The notes beneath the pieces were generated by a model. That model had not been told where the DNA came from, did no database searches, and saw only the letters and a list, made by a program, of their open reading frames with translations. Shown in pieces: positions 14,303 to 27,805 of a stretch of 64,000 nt of DNA; the first letter of the stretch is position 1, and every line of letters starts with the position of its first letter. This DNA is from Octopus vulgaris (Eukaryota), in assembly GCA_951406725.2 (NCBI GenBank), contig OX597817.1, positions 61,256,001 to 61,320,000 on the forward strand. Direction: 5' to 3'. The position numbers were made by a program, and so were the translations under genes.

Positions 14303-14494
14303 ACCGGAGTCATTCTTGTTGCTTATTTTGATTATAATCACCCCGAAAATTTCTATGGATAACACCATACAAAATTCTGGTGCATCTAAGTTAAGTAATA
14401 TATTCATTCGAATCTATATTTTTGCTGAACTTATATATACATATATATACATATATATACTTACATATATGTATATATATATATATATACACAT

Positions 14495-14575
<81 letters not shown>

Positions 14576-15419
14576 CTCATGCATAAACACATACCTGCCT
14601 ACTGTCATGTAAATTTATAGTCTTGAACCAAATTATACAAACAGATGCATATATATTCATGCATATACATACACACACACATACACACGTATGGATATAA
14701 TTATACACACATATATACACACATATATATACACACGTACACACAAACAGAGGCTCACATATGTGTGTGTTACATTCCTATAAGTATGTATATACAGACG
14801 TATACATGAAATAGCATTTACATGGTGTACATGAAAATAAAAATAAAGATTTTAAACGCAAAAAGTAAGAGAGCAGACACAACAGCAGACATTTAAATAG
14901 GAGGAAATTGAAGGAAAATTAGCATTTCTAACTACCCGTAACATATCCTGGCTGTTTTCTGATGCTTGACACCCGGTGGCCGCAGAGGATTTCGACAGGA
15001 TCCGGAAGTAGGTTGATTTTTATCATGTAATTTTTATTCTTGGTTTTATGTAGACTCCTGCTGATATATAAACAGTGAAGTTAGCATGTAATTTTTACAT
15101 TTGATTTATTTATCTATGATGATAGGGGAAAGAACCGTCCTCTTCACTGATATTTTTTTTATCATTATTTTATATTCAGCAGAGAGTGAATTTTTTGTGA
15201 GAAGCTGGAACTGATAGGGAGTAAACGGTTTGAACTATGTTAGTTGTCGACATTCCGCTTAAAGAATTTGTGTGTTTCTTCTATATATTTCTAAATTTAT
15301 TCTGGTATCACTCTTGTCTGCTTGAACTGGTTATAAACATAGAAATCACAACTGAAATCAGTAACAGACTGACTAGACTCTCACGCAGCATCGATAAATG
15401 AGGTTTCATCAGCTAAACA

Positions 15420-15780
15420 GAGTCCCGGGTCTTTGGAAAACCACCACCACTATCAAGCTGCCTGTGTGTAGGGTCAAGGCTGAAGACCTCCAGTGGCATT
15501 CTCTACATGACCCTGTCGCCTTCTTCCTTAGCCCCGCTGGACTTACGAAGAAAGTGTGGTGATGTTGCTGCGCATGGTTTATCCAGAGCTAGAGCCCACT
15601 TCTCTCTCTCTCTCTGCCGCTCCCGTCCTTCAAAACTTGTATTACTGTGGTGCAACAAGTGCCATGGTCCTTGTGGTTGTCAGGATGCAAGTGAGCAGTA
15701 AAGAGAAGAGCCTCATCTATCCTGGGTCCGTTGGGACGTCTGTGAGTGAAACACCTTCCGGTAACAATTGAGTGACATGT
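15420..15780 (+). mobile_element. Possible Tx1/L1-type LINE 3' fragment
   Basis: Translation KLPVCRVKAEDLQWHSLHDPVA resembles the Tx1 zf-RVT region 'KPP..GDLQWRILHGAIA'; heavily degraded. Confidence 0.35.
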
Positions 15781-18319
15781 TAATTAATCCATAACTGGGA
15801 TGATCTTGACAGGTGCTACGACTGAGAACAGTTGTGACAAACAGCTGGTTCCACACTCCTCAAAGCTCAGGAACTCTCCAGGAACCAGGACCTCATTAAC
15901 AGCAGCACAATTAACAAGTGTATAAATTAGTATTCTGTACTAAATTAAAATTGTGTATTTTATAAGGAGGCGTTTTATCGCCAGAGTATTCTCTCGCAAA
16001 TGACGCAAGATTAAATATGCCATGTAAATGATAAAATATGACTCACACTTTGGTCATATACCTGAGATTCTTGGTAATTATATTATAAATGCATTGGTAA
16101 AGACAAAGGCAAATTTTAAATATAATCACGTTCGAATATAATCACTGAAAATAGGAAGGCAGTTAAAGCGGACGAGTTATTGAAAAAAATGTTATTTGGA
16201 GCTTCTACTGTTTTCACAAATGTAAATACTCCGTGTACACACTATTCTGAAGAGGACAGAATTAAAGGAAGGGGTGTTTATTCCTTCCTTCTCAAGGACG
16301 TAAAATGGTTTGGATAACTGGTTAGATTCACGTTAAATTCTTGCTTTCCCAGGATCATACGCTTCGTTATACTGTTGCACCATGGCTCTTGATATCACAC
16401 ATAGTCGTTTACAGAACGTGACACAAAACTAATGTGTTTGGAGGATAATTGTAGATGTTTGAATATGGCAGAATGTACGAAGAGCAGCGTGGTTGCGTAA
16501 AAGTAACAAATTGGCTTGAAATATTCAGTTATATTCACAGTGTTATGCTATGACTGACTTTGCTTTACATATTTCTAAAATGAAAGAAATTGGTGCCAGA
16601 TCGGCATTTTTGGTCTACTAAATCAACTAAATTCTCTCTAAAAATCTGAAAATGTGTCTTGAGCCAGTACTTGTGGCAGAAATGAGCATTCAAACCGACC
16701 ATATCCGGCCTAAATATTTTACCCCCTATTTGTTCAAAACCAGTCAGATCCAGCCTCTTACCCTATCCTACAATATTATTCCAAAAGTAAAGAGTCACAT
16801 CGCAGAAATCTCACAGCTATGAGATAATGCAGGATTAATTCAATGCAATGTGAATAAACAAGCATCACATTTGGTAGAATAATGTGAATACTAAAGGGTT
16901 AAAACTCTGACACCTGAGAATATTCCTAGAAGAATGGATGTCATTGCTCTAAGACACGTTTCCTACCATTTTGTCTCTTTGACGATGGAGCTACACTTTT
17001 GGCTGACGCATAGAACATAGCTAAGAGAATGGCATTTGTGTCGAGTGTCAGGCTCACACAGATCTCTATCAATCGGGCAAAGCGATCGATGGATAGAGAA
17101 TCCGTGGTGAGGCAGAACAACAACGCTCGAAACGAAACGCTAAGCATCGAGTAAAGTCAACTGTCTGGTCTGTTCCAGACGACTTTCACCTCGGAGATTA
17201 TTGGTCATTTTGACAAGTACCAGGCTTCATAAAGTGACTGCCTGCATACATGCATCCTTACATATATACATACATGTGTGTATACGTATATATGTACATA
17301 CTTACGTACATATATACTTGCATACATATAGACATACATACAGGCATACATAAATACACATTCATGCATGTAAACATATATAAACGCACACACACACATA
17401 CATACATACATACATACATACATACATACATACATACATACATACATACATACATACATACATACATACATACACACACACACATACATACATATTCTGC
17501 TGATGTTAAAATTCCAATGAAGGAGCCTTGGATTTAGGTTAGAAACCGGTTCTTTCTCTATTGACAAGAAATATTGAAATAAAACTGAATAATGACATAC
17601 ATGCATACATACATACATACATACATACATACATACATACATACATACATACATACATACATACATACATAGGTGCGTATATTTCTTTATAGATACGTGT
17701 GTAGTTACATATTAACCTAATTATATAGATATTGTATATAATATACATCTGTCCATGTATACAGAATGTGAGATCTACGACATCCATTTACATGACCTGA
17801 CTCTACCTCTCATCATCATTTCCCCATTTCCGCCATCTTTCTGCCTGGGTGTGTAGATGCGTTTCCGGCAACATCATTTTTACTGTTTATGTCGTGTTCC
17901 CCAACGCCACCACTCTCCACACTCTTCAACATCAAACCCAACTTAGTAACAATATCGTCAGTATACCATCCTAGCTTAACAAACCGTAAAACATTCTTGT
18001 ATTCTAATAACGTTTGTTTTGACAGGAGATGTCAGACATGTTGCATATTTGTAGAAAAACTAATAACAACGGCAATAACAACAGTAGAGACAACCACCAC
18101 AATAGCAACAATTATAATGATAACGATAATAATAGCAATCTGTATATTATACGTAACGCAGATACATCACAGAAAGCCAAGTTAACTGCGGCATTCATGC
18201 TGAAATGTTTCTTATAGAAGTACAATGTTACGAATTCATCCCAGGACGAACACCGCAGTTAATTTGCCTTTTCGTGAAGTATCTACATTAGGTATGATAC
18301 ACAGCTTGCTACTTTAAAC

Positions 18320-18750
18320 TAATTCCGCTTCTTTTGGACATAACGAATGGTAATGATACTTTATTTGCCACGAGAGCAACGAAGACAGCAGAGTGCATTT
18401 CAATATCAGCCGACAAACACAGTATGATTGGATAATGGTCTGTGAGAGAAACTCAACGTCTTCAGTCCACCTGCTACAAATGTAAGGCCTCCATCGGTCA
18501 AGGTTGGTCAAGAACCAGCGCATGCGTGTGCAGGTCTGAAACAAAGTTTTAAAGAAAGCTGACAGCTGTCCATACATACAAGTCATTTCTCTCTCCATCC
18601 CATCGATGTTTATCCAAGCAATAAGCTGCCGGAATTTGACTGAGACAGCTTGGCACCAAATGTCGTCGCAAACGTCGCTGGCTGTCAGAACACAAAGGAC
18701 TGAAACAGACATCTGGTCCCACCTCGTAACAGTTCCAACAGTCTGCCACA
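18320..18750 (-). mobile_element. Degenerate LINE fragment (RTE-like)
   Basis: Non-repetitive, coding-like minus-strand stretch with W/R-rich LINE C-terminal flavour; broken frames. Confidence 0.3.
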
Positions 18751-19126
18751 CTAGATTGGTACCTATTTCTTTAGTTGGTTAGAAAAGAGGAAAAAGAAAG
18801 TTGATCATGACATGATTAGAACTTGGGGCATCGAGAATTGCGACCAATACAGTGAGGCATTCGACCCAACACTTAATGATTCTGCCAAGTCACCATTTCT
18901 GCTTTTATCTTTTAGCATTCATCTTTTACTTATTTCAGTGATTAGACTGCAGCCATACCGGGGTGAGGGGCGCCAGTGTAAAGGGTTTCGTAGAAGAATT
19001 GACAACCGTGCGTATTTACTTTAAGTCCCGCACTTATTTAAGTCTGGTAATTTGATCGAACCGCTAAGTTACGAGGACGTAAACAAACCAGCACCAGCTG
19101 TCTATCGGTCTCTGTGCACGTCTCTA

Positions 19127-19219
<93 letters not shown>

Positions 19220-19236
19220 AAATATATATATATATA

Positions 19237-19465
19237 AGGCGGCGATCTGGCAGAAACATTAGCACGCTGGGCGAAATGCGTAGCCGTATTTCGTCTGCCG
19301 TTACGTTCTGAGTTCAAATTCCGCCGAGGTTGACTTTGCCTTTCATCCTTTCGGGGTCGATAAATTAAGTACCAGTTACGCACTGGGGTCGATGTAATCG
19401 ACTTAATCCGTTTGTCTGTCCTTGTTTGTCCCCTCTGTGTTTAGCTCCTTGTGGGTAGTAAAGAA
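19237..19465 (+). mobile_element. tRNA-derived SINE (family A, near full length)
   Basis: A-box tggcagaaacattagc, B-box gagttcaaattcc, conserved core gactttgcctttcatcctttcggggtcgataaattaagtaccag; many diverged copies in the window. Confidence 0.85.
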
Positions 19466-19494
19466 TATATATATATGTGTGTTTGTGAGTGGAG

Positions 19495-20230
19495 GGGTCG
19501 ATTTTGATTGGTCCCAGAGTTTATTATGGTGTGTGTAAATGGGTCTGTGTATGTTTTATATTTGGCAGGATGGTGTGTGTATATGTGTGCACGTTTGTGT
19601 GTGTATGTATGTGTGTGCCACAATAAACTCTGGGACCAATCAAAGACGGCCCACACGCACAAACACAAACACATGTATATACACACACATAGAGAGACGT
19701 ACACAGAGACACACACACTCACACCATTCTGACCTCTTAGACCAGTCCCCAAAACCACTGAACCACGATAGACTAGCCCAGAAACAAAAAACTCCTTTTA
19801 ATTCCACATTGCTCTTCCTTCGCCCCACCCGAACCAACCTCCGACGCTGTCCCTTAAAATAGCAAACAATCCTTAGCTACACACAAAATAAAAAATTCCA
19901 AGAAAACAGGTTGGTTCCTCTCAAATTCTTTGTAAACTCTTAAATATATCTCATTCTGTGTATATATACTACCAAACAAACATGAGTTTTATTGAACTCC
20001 TAATACATTTTGCTGAATATTATCTTAAACACTTTCTTGTAAACTGCTTTTAACATTTTCTTATTATAATCAAAGAATGTATATATGTATTTTACTACTA
20101 CTGTGACAACAAATACTTAACACAACAAAGCTTATACAAAGCCTTACATTTTACTTTTGACAATCTTTCTCTAAAAAAGTGAAACCAGTCAAGTGAATAA
20201 ACATCTTTGAAATTACATTTTCAAACCTTC

Positions 20231-20235
<5 letters not shown>
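19495..20235 (+). mobile_element. Non-coding PLE-like terminal fragment with short 5' inverted repeat and decayed hammerhead
   Basis: Inverted repeat ttgattggtcccagagtttatt / aataaactctgggaccaatcaa (~19505-19644); actt-TTGACAA-tcttt..aaagt-GAAAC-CA-GTC-aagt at 20153-20194; ends in (TA)n. Confidence 0.5.
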
Positions 20236-20270
<35 letters not shown>

Positions 20271-20993
20271 TGGGCTTCGAAACAGTTTCCGTTTAACAAT
20301 TGGCTCACAAGGGATTGATCAAATCACAGCACAATGTGATAAACTAGGTACCGCATGGTTGCAAAGTGAATATCTTACACAGGACCGCTATACATCCGTG
20401 AGTGTATGTGTTTATCTGTGTATCTCAAACACACACGCACGTGAACATACACACGCACGTGAACATACACGCAAGCACACGCACGCATACATCGAGACAA
20501 AGAGAGATATACATCAATGCAAAACCACATACGTGCTGCGCACACACGCACACAAGCATACACATACACACGCAAGCACACGCTTATGTACATGTGTACC
20601 CATAAATACTAACATGTGACTACTGATAATACACGGTTCTTACCTGAAATTCTAAACCACGATTCTTCATTAAAATACTGCTCCAAAGTTCTTTTACTTC
20701 GCATGCCTTAAATTTAGTCTAAAACTCTGTGGCACAAATGTCAGCACTTAATGAAAAATTTGAAATTAGTTTCTCTGCTATCACCACATTTTTTTTTTTT
20801 TTTGAGGAAAACAGAAATAGAATGAAATAAATTATAAAATGAATAGAATAAAATAAAAATGATAGAATGTAAAGTAAAAACGAAGAACATGAGATGATGC
20901 AATCTTCATCCTTTGTCTGATACTGCTTTCGTTGAAACGTCACTGGAACGAAGAGGAAGGTCGGAATTGGGGCGTTTGTGTACCTGTATGCAT

Positions 20994-21024
<31 letters not shown>

Positions 21025-21079
21025 CACACACACACAGGTGCACGCGCACACACACGTGGGTGTGTGTATGTCTTTTATT

Positions 21080-21545
21080 TGTTACTTGTTTCAGTCATTA
21101 GACTGCGGTCATGCTGGGCACTGCCTTGAAGAAATTTTAGTGGAATGAATTGACTCCGGTACTTTTTCTTTTGAAAGCCTGGTACTTATTCTGTCCGTCT
21201 TTTTTTATCGAACCGCTAGATTTGGGGACGCAAACACACAAACACCAGTTATCAAGCGGCGTTGGGGAACAACCTCTGACACAAACACACACACACACAC
21301 AGACACACTCACACACACACACATACACACACACACACATACACACACACACACATACACACACTCACACAAACACACATATATGACGGGCTTCTTTCGG
21401 TTTCCGTCTACCAAATCCATTCACAAGGCTTTGGCCCACCCAAGTCTATAGTAAAAGTCATTTGCCCAACATCTCTCGCAGTGCGACTAAACCCTGAACC
21501 ATACCCTTGTGAAGCATACTTACCACTCTGCCACTCTTGCGCCTA
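21080..21545 (-). mobile_element. tRNA-derived SINE (family B, with internal (CA)n)
   Basis: Shares tttcagtcattagactgcggccatgctgg..gaaccgctaag..tttccgtctaccaaatcc blocks with ~10 other copies. Confidence 0.8.
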
Positions 21546-21599
21546 TTGGAAGAAGTAGTCATAGATCCCACCGAATACACACACACACACACACATAAG

Positions 21600-22525
21600 T
21601 TGAATAAACTTAAAACATAGTCTGATTCTCACGTTTTTTATGATGGTATTTTAACAAAATTAACGCTTCTATACATGATGTATTCATCAGATTTCAAATG
21701 TGTTTAACTGACAGTTGAGTTCTTGACAACTTTAGTGCCTCTTAGAACACTGAATTTTTAGAAAACCTTTTTCATCAATCCGCATGCTCTTAAACACCAC
21801 AGTTTGTCAGGCGTACCCGGTATTCTGTAACTAGTTTATATCTATTAATCCACATCATTAACTGGGTGTTATATTATTGCTGTTGTTTCCGTTCAGAACA
21901 GGTTTGAACATTTTAATAAACCGTTTTTCTTTTATCTTTCTTCCAACCTCACTTGTGTCATGTAGTTTGCGGAAAGGAAAAATTAGAAACATCTTCTGAC
22001 CACATGTCTCTAAATGTTCGCTCAAAGGAATTTGGCAAACATTGGTGTTCCGGATTTGTTGTCTGTGGACTCGTGAGCGTTCCAATAATTCATTCCTTGT
22101 CTCGCCTATATATAATTCCTCGCAATTTGGGTTTTTAATGCGGTAGATCAAATTTATGCTTTTGCAGTTCATATTTGCATTTGCGGAATCTGTCCATTTT
22201 TTGTTCTAATGTATCTACCAATATGCATGTATTGATATGTTCCACATCTGTTATCATTACACTTGGATACTGTGAATGTATTATCCCGTTTGTTCATGTT
22301 GAATTTTGCCTTTGTTAATAGTTTCTTTATGTTATGTGGTTGCCTTTTGCTTAAGATAAGTGTTTGATTAGTTATTATGGCTTTCTTAATTTTTCACTTT
22401 GTTTTATGATTGCCAAATTTGTTTTGATGATTTTAAAAATGTTTTGGTGATGCGGATTGTATGTTACTAGAAATGGTATTTCCTTTGATGGGTTCGTCTT
22501 TTTCGTGTTGCTCTATAGGTATCTC
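21600..22525 (-). mobile_element. Penelope-like element 3' end: linker + GIY-YIG endonuclease + pLTR region
   Basis: ORF 21858-22172 LIYRIKNPNCEELYIGET..RVHRQQI..HLETC..RKIKEKRFIKMFKPVLN; upstream IPFLVTYNP..KRQPHNIKKLL..C..C linker; hammerhead-like core downstream. Confidence 0.9.
21657..21694 (-). ncRNA. Hammerhead-like motif in PLE 3' region (degenerate)
   Basis: Minus strand: aaat-CTGATGA-ATACA-tca-TGTAT-a-GAAGC-GTTA-attt; GAAA->GAAG. Confidence 0.55.
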
Positions 22526-22527
22526 TT

Positions 22528-23420
22528 TTGCTCGTTGGTATATATATCCTTTATGAAATGGCTGACCAATTCCCAAACATCTATGGAAGTCTATATCGTG
22601 ATGATTGTCTACTCTACCTTCAAAATATTTCTAACAAAAAATTACAAATGGTTACAAATAGGTTGGTTAAATTTTTCCGAAACATAGGCTTTGCTTTTAA
22701 CGATGATGTAACTAAAGCCAACTTTTTTAATATTACCCTTAACTTACATAATGATTCATATTTCCCATACCATAACCCCTCAACTAATTTAAAATATATT
22801 AGTAGTTCTTTCAGTAATCATTCAAAGACTATTACAAGGAATTTAGTTAGAAATATTTCACTTAGACTTTCTAGATTATCTGCCAATGACGATATCTTCA
22901 ACGATAAAGCCGAGTTTTATAACTCTGCCTCACTTAAAGTAGGCTATAAAGAAAAAAAATACCTATATTAACCCTATTGACATTAATTCTGCCTCTATTA
23001 ATCAGGACATGAAAATACATCATAACGGTAACAACAATATCAATTTCAGTTCGAATAACAACAAAATGTGATTTTGCAGTGTAAGGGAGGTAACCGTTCT
23101 TTATATTTCGTTATACGTAATAAAATCAAGTTTAAGACTTTTAAAGATTACTCTAATAACAGGGCGTGTCCTAGTAAAACAGTTGGCTGATCATTCCAAA
23201 GATAAGCAGATCAAATCCAACCTCCTTTACCAGTTTCGTGAAGCTATAGATAAGAATTTTCCAAAAAATTCCAGATACCATTCCATTATCAATTCACACC
23301 GAATTAGGATAGGTTTTTCAAGCACCAAAAACCTTTCACAAATTATCTCTTCGCATACATACCCAAATAAACCGCCCGACTCTCCCGCAACTTATTATCA
23401 AATGAAAAGATGAGCGTATA
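22528..23420 (+). mobile_element. Penelope-like reverse transcriptase fragment (opposite orientation)
   Basis: YGSLYRDDCLL..ANFFNITLNL..YFPYHNP..YISSSFSNHSKTI..ISLRLSRLS; later IDKNFPKNSRYHSIINSHRIRIGFSSTKNLSQIISSH, typical PLE RT thumb and linker. Confidence 0.85.
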
Positions 23421-23808
23421 TCAGCAGAAGAGCATGCATGGATATGTTTGTAGAAAGCTTCGAGATGATAGTAACATTGATCATGAAAGCAGTCTATCAT
23501 AGACCAACAACCGGATTCCTGCCACCCACTTTGAAGGGCTTGTGTCTGCAATCCAGGAACAAGTAATATCAACCAAATACCTGATGCACAAAAGAGACAG
23601 AGATGTAGGAGAAGTAGCAAAATGTGACAACCGATGCAAACTTTCTGTAAACTCTGTAGTAAAATTATCTTCTGATGAATGTAATTAAACAAGTGCCCTG
23701 TTTCAGTATCAGAAATCTAGTTTTCTGTTGGGCAAAGCTGTTAATTTTGTAATCGGTTGATGCATGCTAACACCTTTCGTGATATTGCAAGTTATTAGTG
23801 TGTGTTTG

Positions 23809-24090
23809 TTGTTGGCTCCTTCTCGAGCCATGCCTGGCTCATGGGGCCGGTTTGCTGGTTTCCTTGGCGGGACGCCAGTCAGTCGCAGTTGAGCTGCAAG
23901 ATGCAGGAGGAAAGAATGAGAGAAAGTTGTGGCGAAAGAATCAGCAGAAGTTCACCTTTACCTTCTGCCGGATCCACGTGGAGCTTAGGTATTTCGCTCA
24001 TAAACGCACACATCGCCCGGTCTCAGATTCGAACCCGCGATCCCTCGACTGCGAGTCCGCTGCTCTAACCACTAGGTCATGTGCCTCCAC
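23809..24090 (-). mobile_element. Young tRNA-derived SINE (family C) with 13-bp TSD
   Basis: Minus strand gtggaggcacatgacctagtggttagagcagcgg..gggttcgaatc; TSD tagtgtgtgtttg at 23796-23808 and 24091-24103; short (caa)n tail. Confidence 0.9.
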
Positions 24091-24829
24091 TAGTGTGTGT
24101 TTGGATGGTTGGTTTTGGGTTTCCAAATAAATTGGGAGAGGAAAATGCAAGTGTTTCGGCTCCTTGCTCTAAATGTACGAAGGTGCTTGTTTTCTTTTCA
24201 TTTACATCCAGGCATGGTATGTACCGCCATGTACAATTCCTTTGGAGAAGCGGAAACTTTGGATGGCGAATTCCATCTGTAACAAGCTGGTAATGGGATG
24301 AGAACTGTGCGGCGTATGTTTCCTGTTGTAGTGTTTGGGAAAAGATATCATCGAATTAATGTTGTGTTTGTCGAAAGATTGTTATACTTATCTATCAGAG
24401 AGGAAATGTTCACTTATTAGAAAGAGGAAATTATTGGCTACGTTCGTATTTGTGTCCAAATTATTTCGTGGATTAAACCGGATTACTTTCTGGTTTACCT
24501 CATGTGAGAGGTAGATGTAGTGTTTTCCGTCAATTTTAATTTTTCACTGAAGTTACTTTTAGTTTTGTTATAATAAGTCGTGATTGCGTTAGATATGTTC
24601 TTGTCTAAGAATATAGCGAAGAATCGCCAAGAGAATTTCATTGAGGGACTGGGTCGTTGTCAGCTTAAAATTGCAGATTTATGTCAGATATTGTATATGC
24701 TAATTATATATGGCTTCGTTTTGCAAAATGTATTGAGGTACCTTTTCTTTTTGAATGTACTTATACAAAGTACACTGTAACCATTCTTTTACACACACAC
24801 ACACACACACACGCATATATGTATACGTA

Positions 24830-24881
<52 letters not shown>

Positions 24882-25009
24882 TATATATACACACATATAT
24901 ATATATACATTTGTATAAACATGCATACATATATACATGGGCTGTAAGCATATATATATAAATATGTGTGATTGTGTGTGTATGTGTGTGTGAGTGTGTG
25001 TGTGAGTGT

Positions 25010-25082
<73 letters not shown>

Positions 25083-25267
25083 CCGTTTCAATTTAATAAA
25101 ACATGCAAAATAAGCATTACGGAAACTCCACAAAGCCAGCAAGGATTTTTTCAAAAGTTATTTTAAATCAGCCAAAACACATCATTTTTTCGCATCATTC
25201 ATTTTATTCTTCGGATCGAACTAATGTCATGGAATCAAATCCACCAATGGCATTCTCCTTCATTTTT

Positions 25268-25359
<92 letters not shown>

Positions 25360-25440
25360 GTTAATCATTATAATTGTTGTTTTGTTGCTGCTACAGTAGT
25401 TGTTCTCTTCCTCCTTCTCCTCCAAATTATTATTATTATC

Positions 25441-25504
<64 letters not shown>

Positions 25505-25644
25505 ACTGTTATTATGTGCCAGCTTGAATGTAGGTTATTTGCTTAATGGTGAAGGACGTGTCATTAACTGAAACCTATCTTGATCAATCAACTGCAATCC
25601 TCTCGGCCAAAGCTCTCATCACGGCACTTGTGTCCATTATTGCA

Positions 25645-25679
<35 letters not shown>

Positions 25680-26379
25680 ATATCACAGACATGTAACACA
25701 AACGCACCGACTAACTGGCATTCATTCACTGTTCTTTTACTTCTGCACACATTCGATCGCACACACCCACACACATACCCATACTTATAGAGAGTGTAGG
25801 ATGAGAGGACAAGAGAGGTGTACAACTGAAATAGCTTTAAACACAGAGTTTCGTGAAGTTTCGCCGCATTGCAGGGCAGCTGTTATCAAATGGCTTCCCA
25901 TTGTCAAAAGTAAAGCAACCCACAAATTTATCCGGTTTGATGTCGTAGACTTTTAAAACTTCTGTATCGAAATCACTTCCTAGACTTAGGGACTCGGTTA
26001 TTAATATATCATTACAAACACTAGTCTGTAACACATGGACCCTAAGAATTCTAACGGATGAAAAGGAGTATTTACTCTTTATTCAACACTTCTTTCTCTT
26101 ATTTATGCTGGACATTCACAATAAACGTCCATCCCTCACAGTTCAGCCTTGTACACTGACGATGGCGCTGGCATTTTCAAGGTGCAAGGACAGTCAAGCT
26201 ATAGAGAAATGTATGAGGAACTAAATGAGACTCTTCAAGATCCTCATTCTTGTTGTACCAAATCTACATTTCCATTCCTCATTCGCTTTCTTTTCCTTCA
26301 TTAGCTTTCTTCACCGTTTGACTTTCATTCCAAATACTACACCTCAACTTTTCTCTCCACAATCTCGCTAACCATCCAT

Positions 26380-26650
26380 CGTCCACTATTCCTGGCAGGG
26401 CTATTATACAGTGTAGAATCTTCTGGCACTATATCTCTATAGGTTCTCATCAGAAGCAACTGTCATTACATTTTCCAACTGAATTCCTTAACGTGACCAA
26501 CTGAGAAGACTATGGATGTCATCCAACCATCTCGTTCTTGGTTTACCCATAAGTCTCTGTAACAACCTCCTATCATCACCTCAACATAATTTCCGACTCC
26601 CCTCAAATTCTTTATAGTTTCTGTGACGATATTATTCCGGAAAATTACGA
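26380..26650 (-). mobile_element. RTE-type LINE 3' fragment
   Basis: Reverse complement ccaagaacgagatggttggatgacatcc (PRTRWLDDI) is homologous to 50980-51080. Confidence 0.55.
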
Positions 26651-26729
26651 ATATTTTTAAAACACTTTGTTTTTCAAACATATGCATGTAGCTTTTTCAT
26701 ATTTTAAAGAACTACTACAAGTAGTAAAT

Positions 26730-26950
26730 ACAAAATGGTTGATAAAAAAATGATATGGGAGAGCCAAAGTAAGAATACAAGGTGTAGGAAGATGATAAGT
26801 AGAAGGAAAGATAAATGGTAAACGCCGGAGAGGAAAACCTAGAACAAACTGGTTTGATAATAAACTGCACAAAACAGTCATATGGTGAATGTGCAAGAAT
26901 GGTAGAGAAAAGACGCGAATGGAAGTCTTTCATATAGAACCTACTTGGAG
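26730..26950 (+). mobile_element. RTE-type LINE 3' fragment
   Basis: VEGKINGKRRRGKPRTNWFDN, the RTE C-terminal GKRxRGRPRxxW motif. Confidence 0.6.
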
Positions 26951-27662
26951 TAGATAATACTAATATATTAAAACACACACAAGAAATACACGCATTTATA
27001 TATATATATATATATATATATGTATGCATGTATGTGTACAAGCACACATACATACACGCGCATGCGCACACACACACACATACATATGCTATATAACTGC
27101 ACACACACAATTAGTCGGTTAATGCCATCAAGGAGGATATGATTGATTAATCCCTGTTTATTTCATTCACAACTTTATCTTAGAATCATAAACTATCAGT
27201 TTTATCATGATTTCCGCTTAGCTTTCTTTGCCTGTCTCCTCTTAAAATTCCTTCCATTATTTCTGGCAATATCCAACTTATTAAGGAAAGGTCAAAAATA
27301 ATTATATATTGCAAATGTTCTGTTTTATTTATTTATTTATCTTTGCACGCGATTTACATTTCTTACGATGATGAAATTCTTCATTCAAGTAGGTGAAGAT
27401 ATATTTAATGTTATTAAGCATCTGAGTAGTTATATTCATTAGCATGTGTTTAAAAGATATTTAAAAAATCAGCAACGTTACATTTGGTCCATATTTGATT
27501 TTCATTGAAAAATAAGTTGTTTTTGTATATTTTTTGGTTGATAGAGTCATCTCCCTTTCAAACTTTGACGTCATGAAGATAATTTACTTCAACCGGAAAT
27601 TGGAATCAACGCTTGAGGCTCTATTAATGGTGGGGTTAAGTGAGTGTCAGCAGAGTTGGTAG

Positions 27663-27752
<90 letters not shown>

Positions 27753-27762
27753 CAAACACACA

Positions 27763-27805
<43 letters not shown>

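Larger units (their letters stand above)
13366..14336. repeat. ~445-bp-arm fold-back element (13366-13812 / 13892-14336, 79-bp spacer) within (TA)n
   Basis: Arms are reverse complements with only scattered mismatches; non-coding; flanked by (TA)n. Confidence 0.95.

Noticed and set aside
14960-15015. Promoter-like GC patch with ETS motif CCGGAAGT
   Set aside because: A single short motif with no linked gene structure is insufficient.
16680-16903. piggyBac-like MITE ending aaagggTTAA
   Set aside because: A matching left TIR was not found, so the boundaries are unsupported.
23665-23695. CTGATGA within the PLE region
   Set aside because: No GAAA or stem II/III follows.
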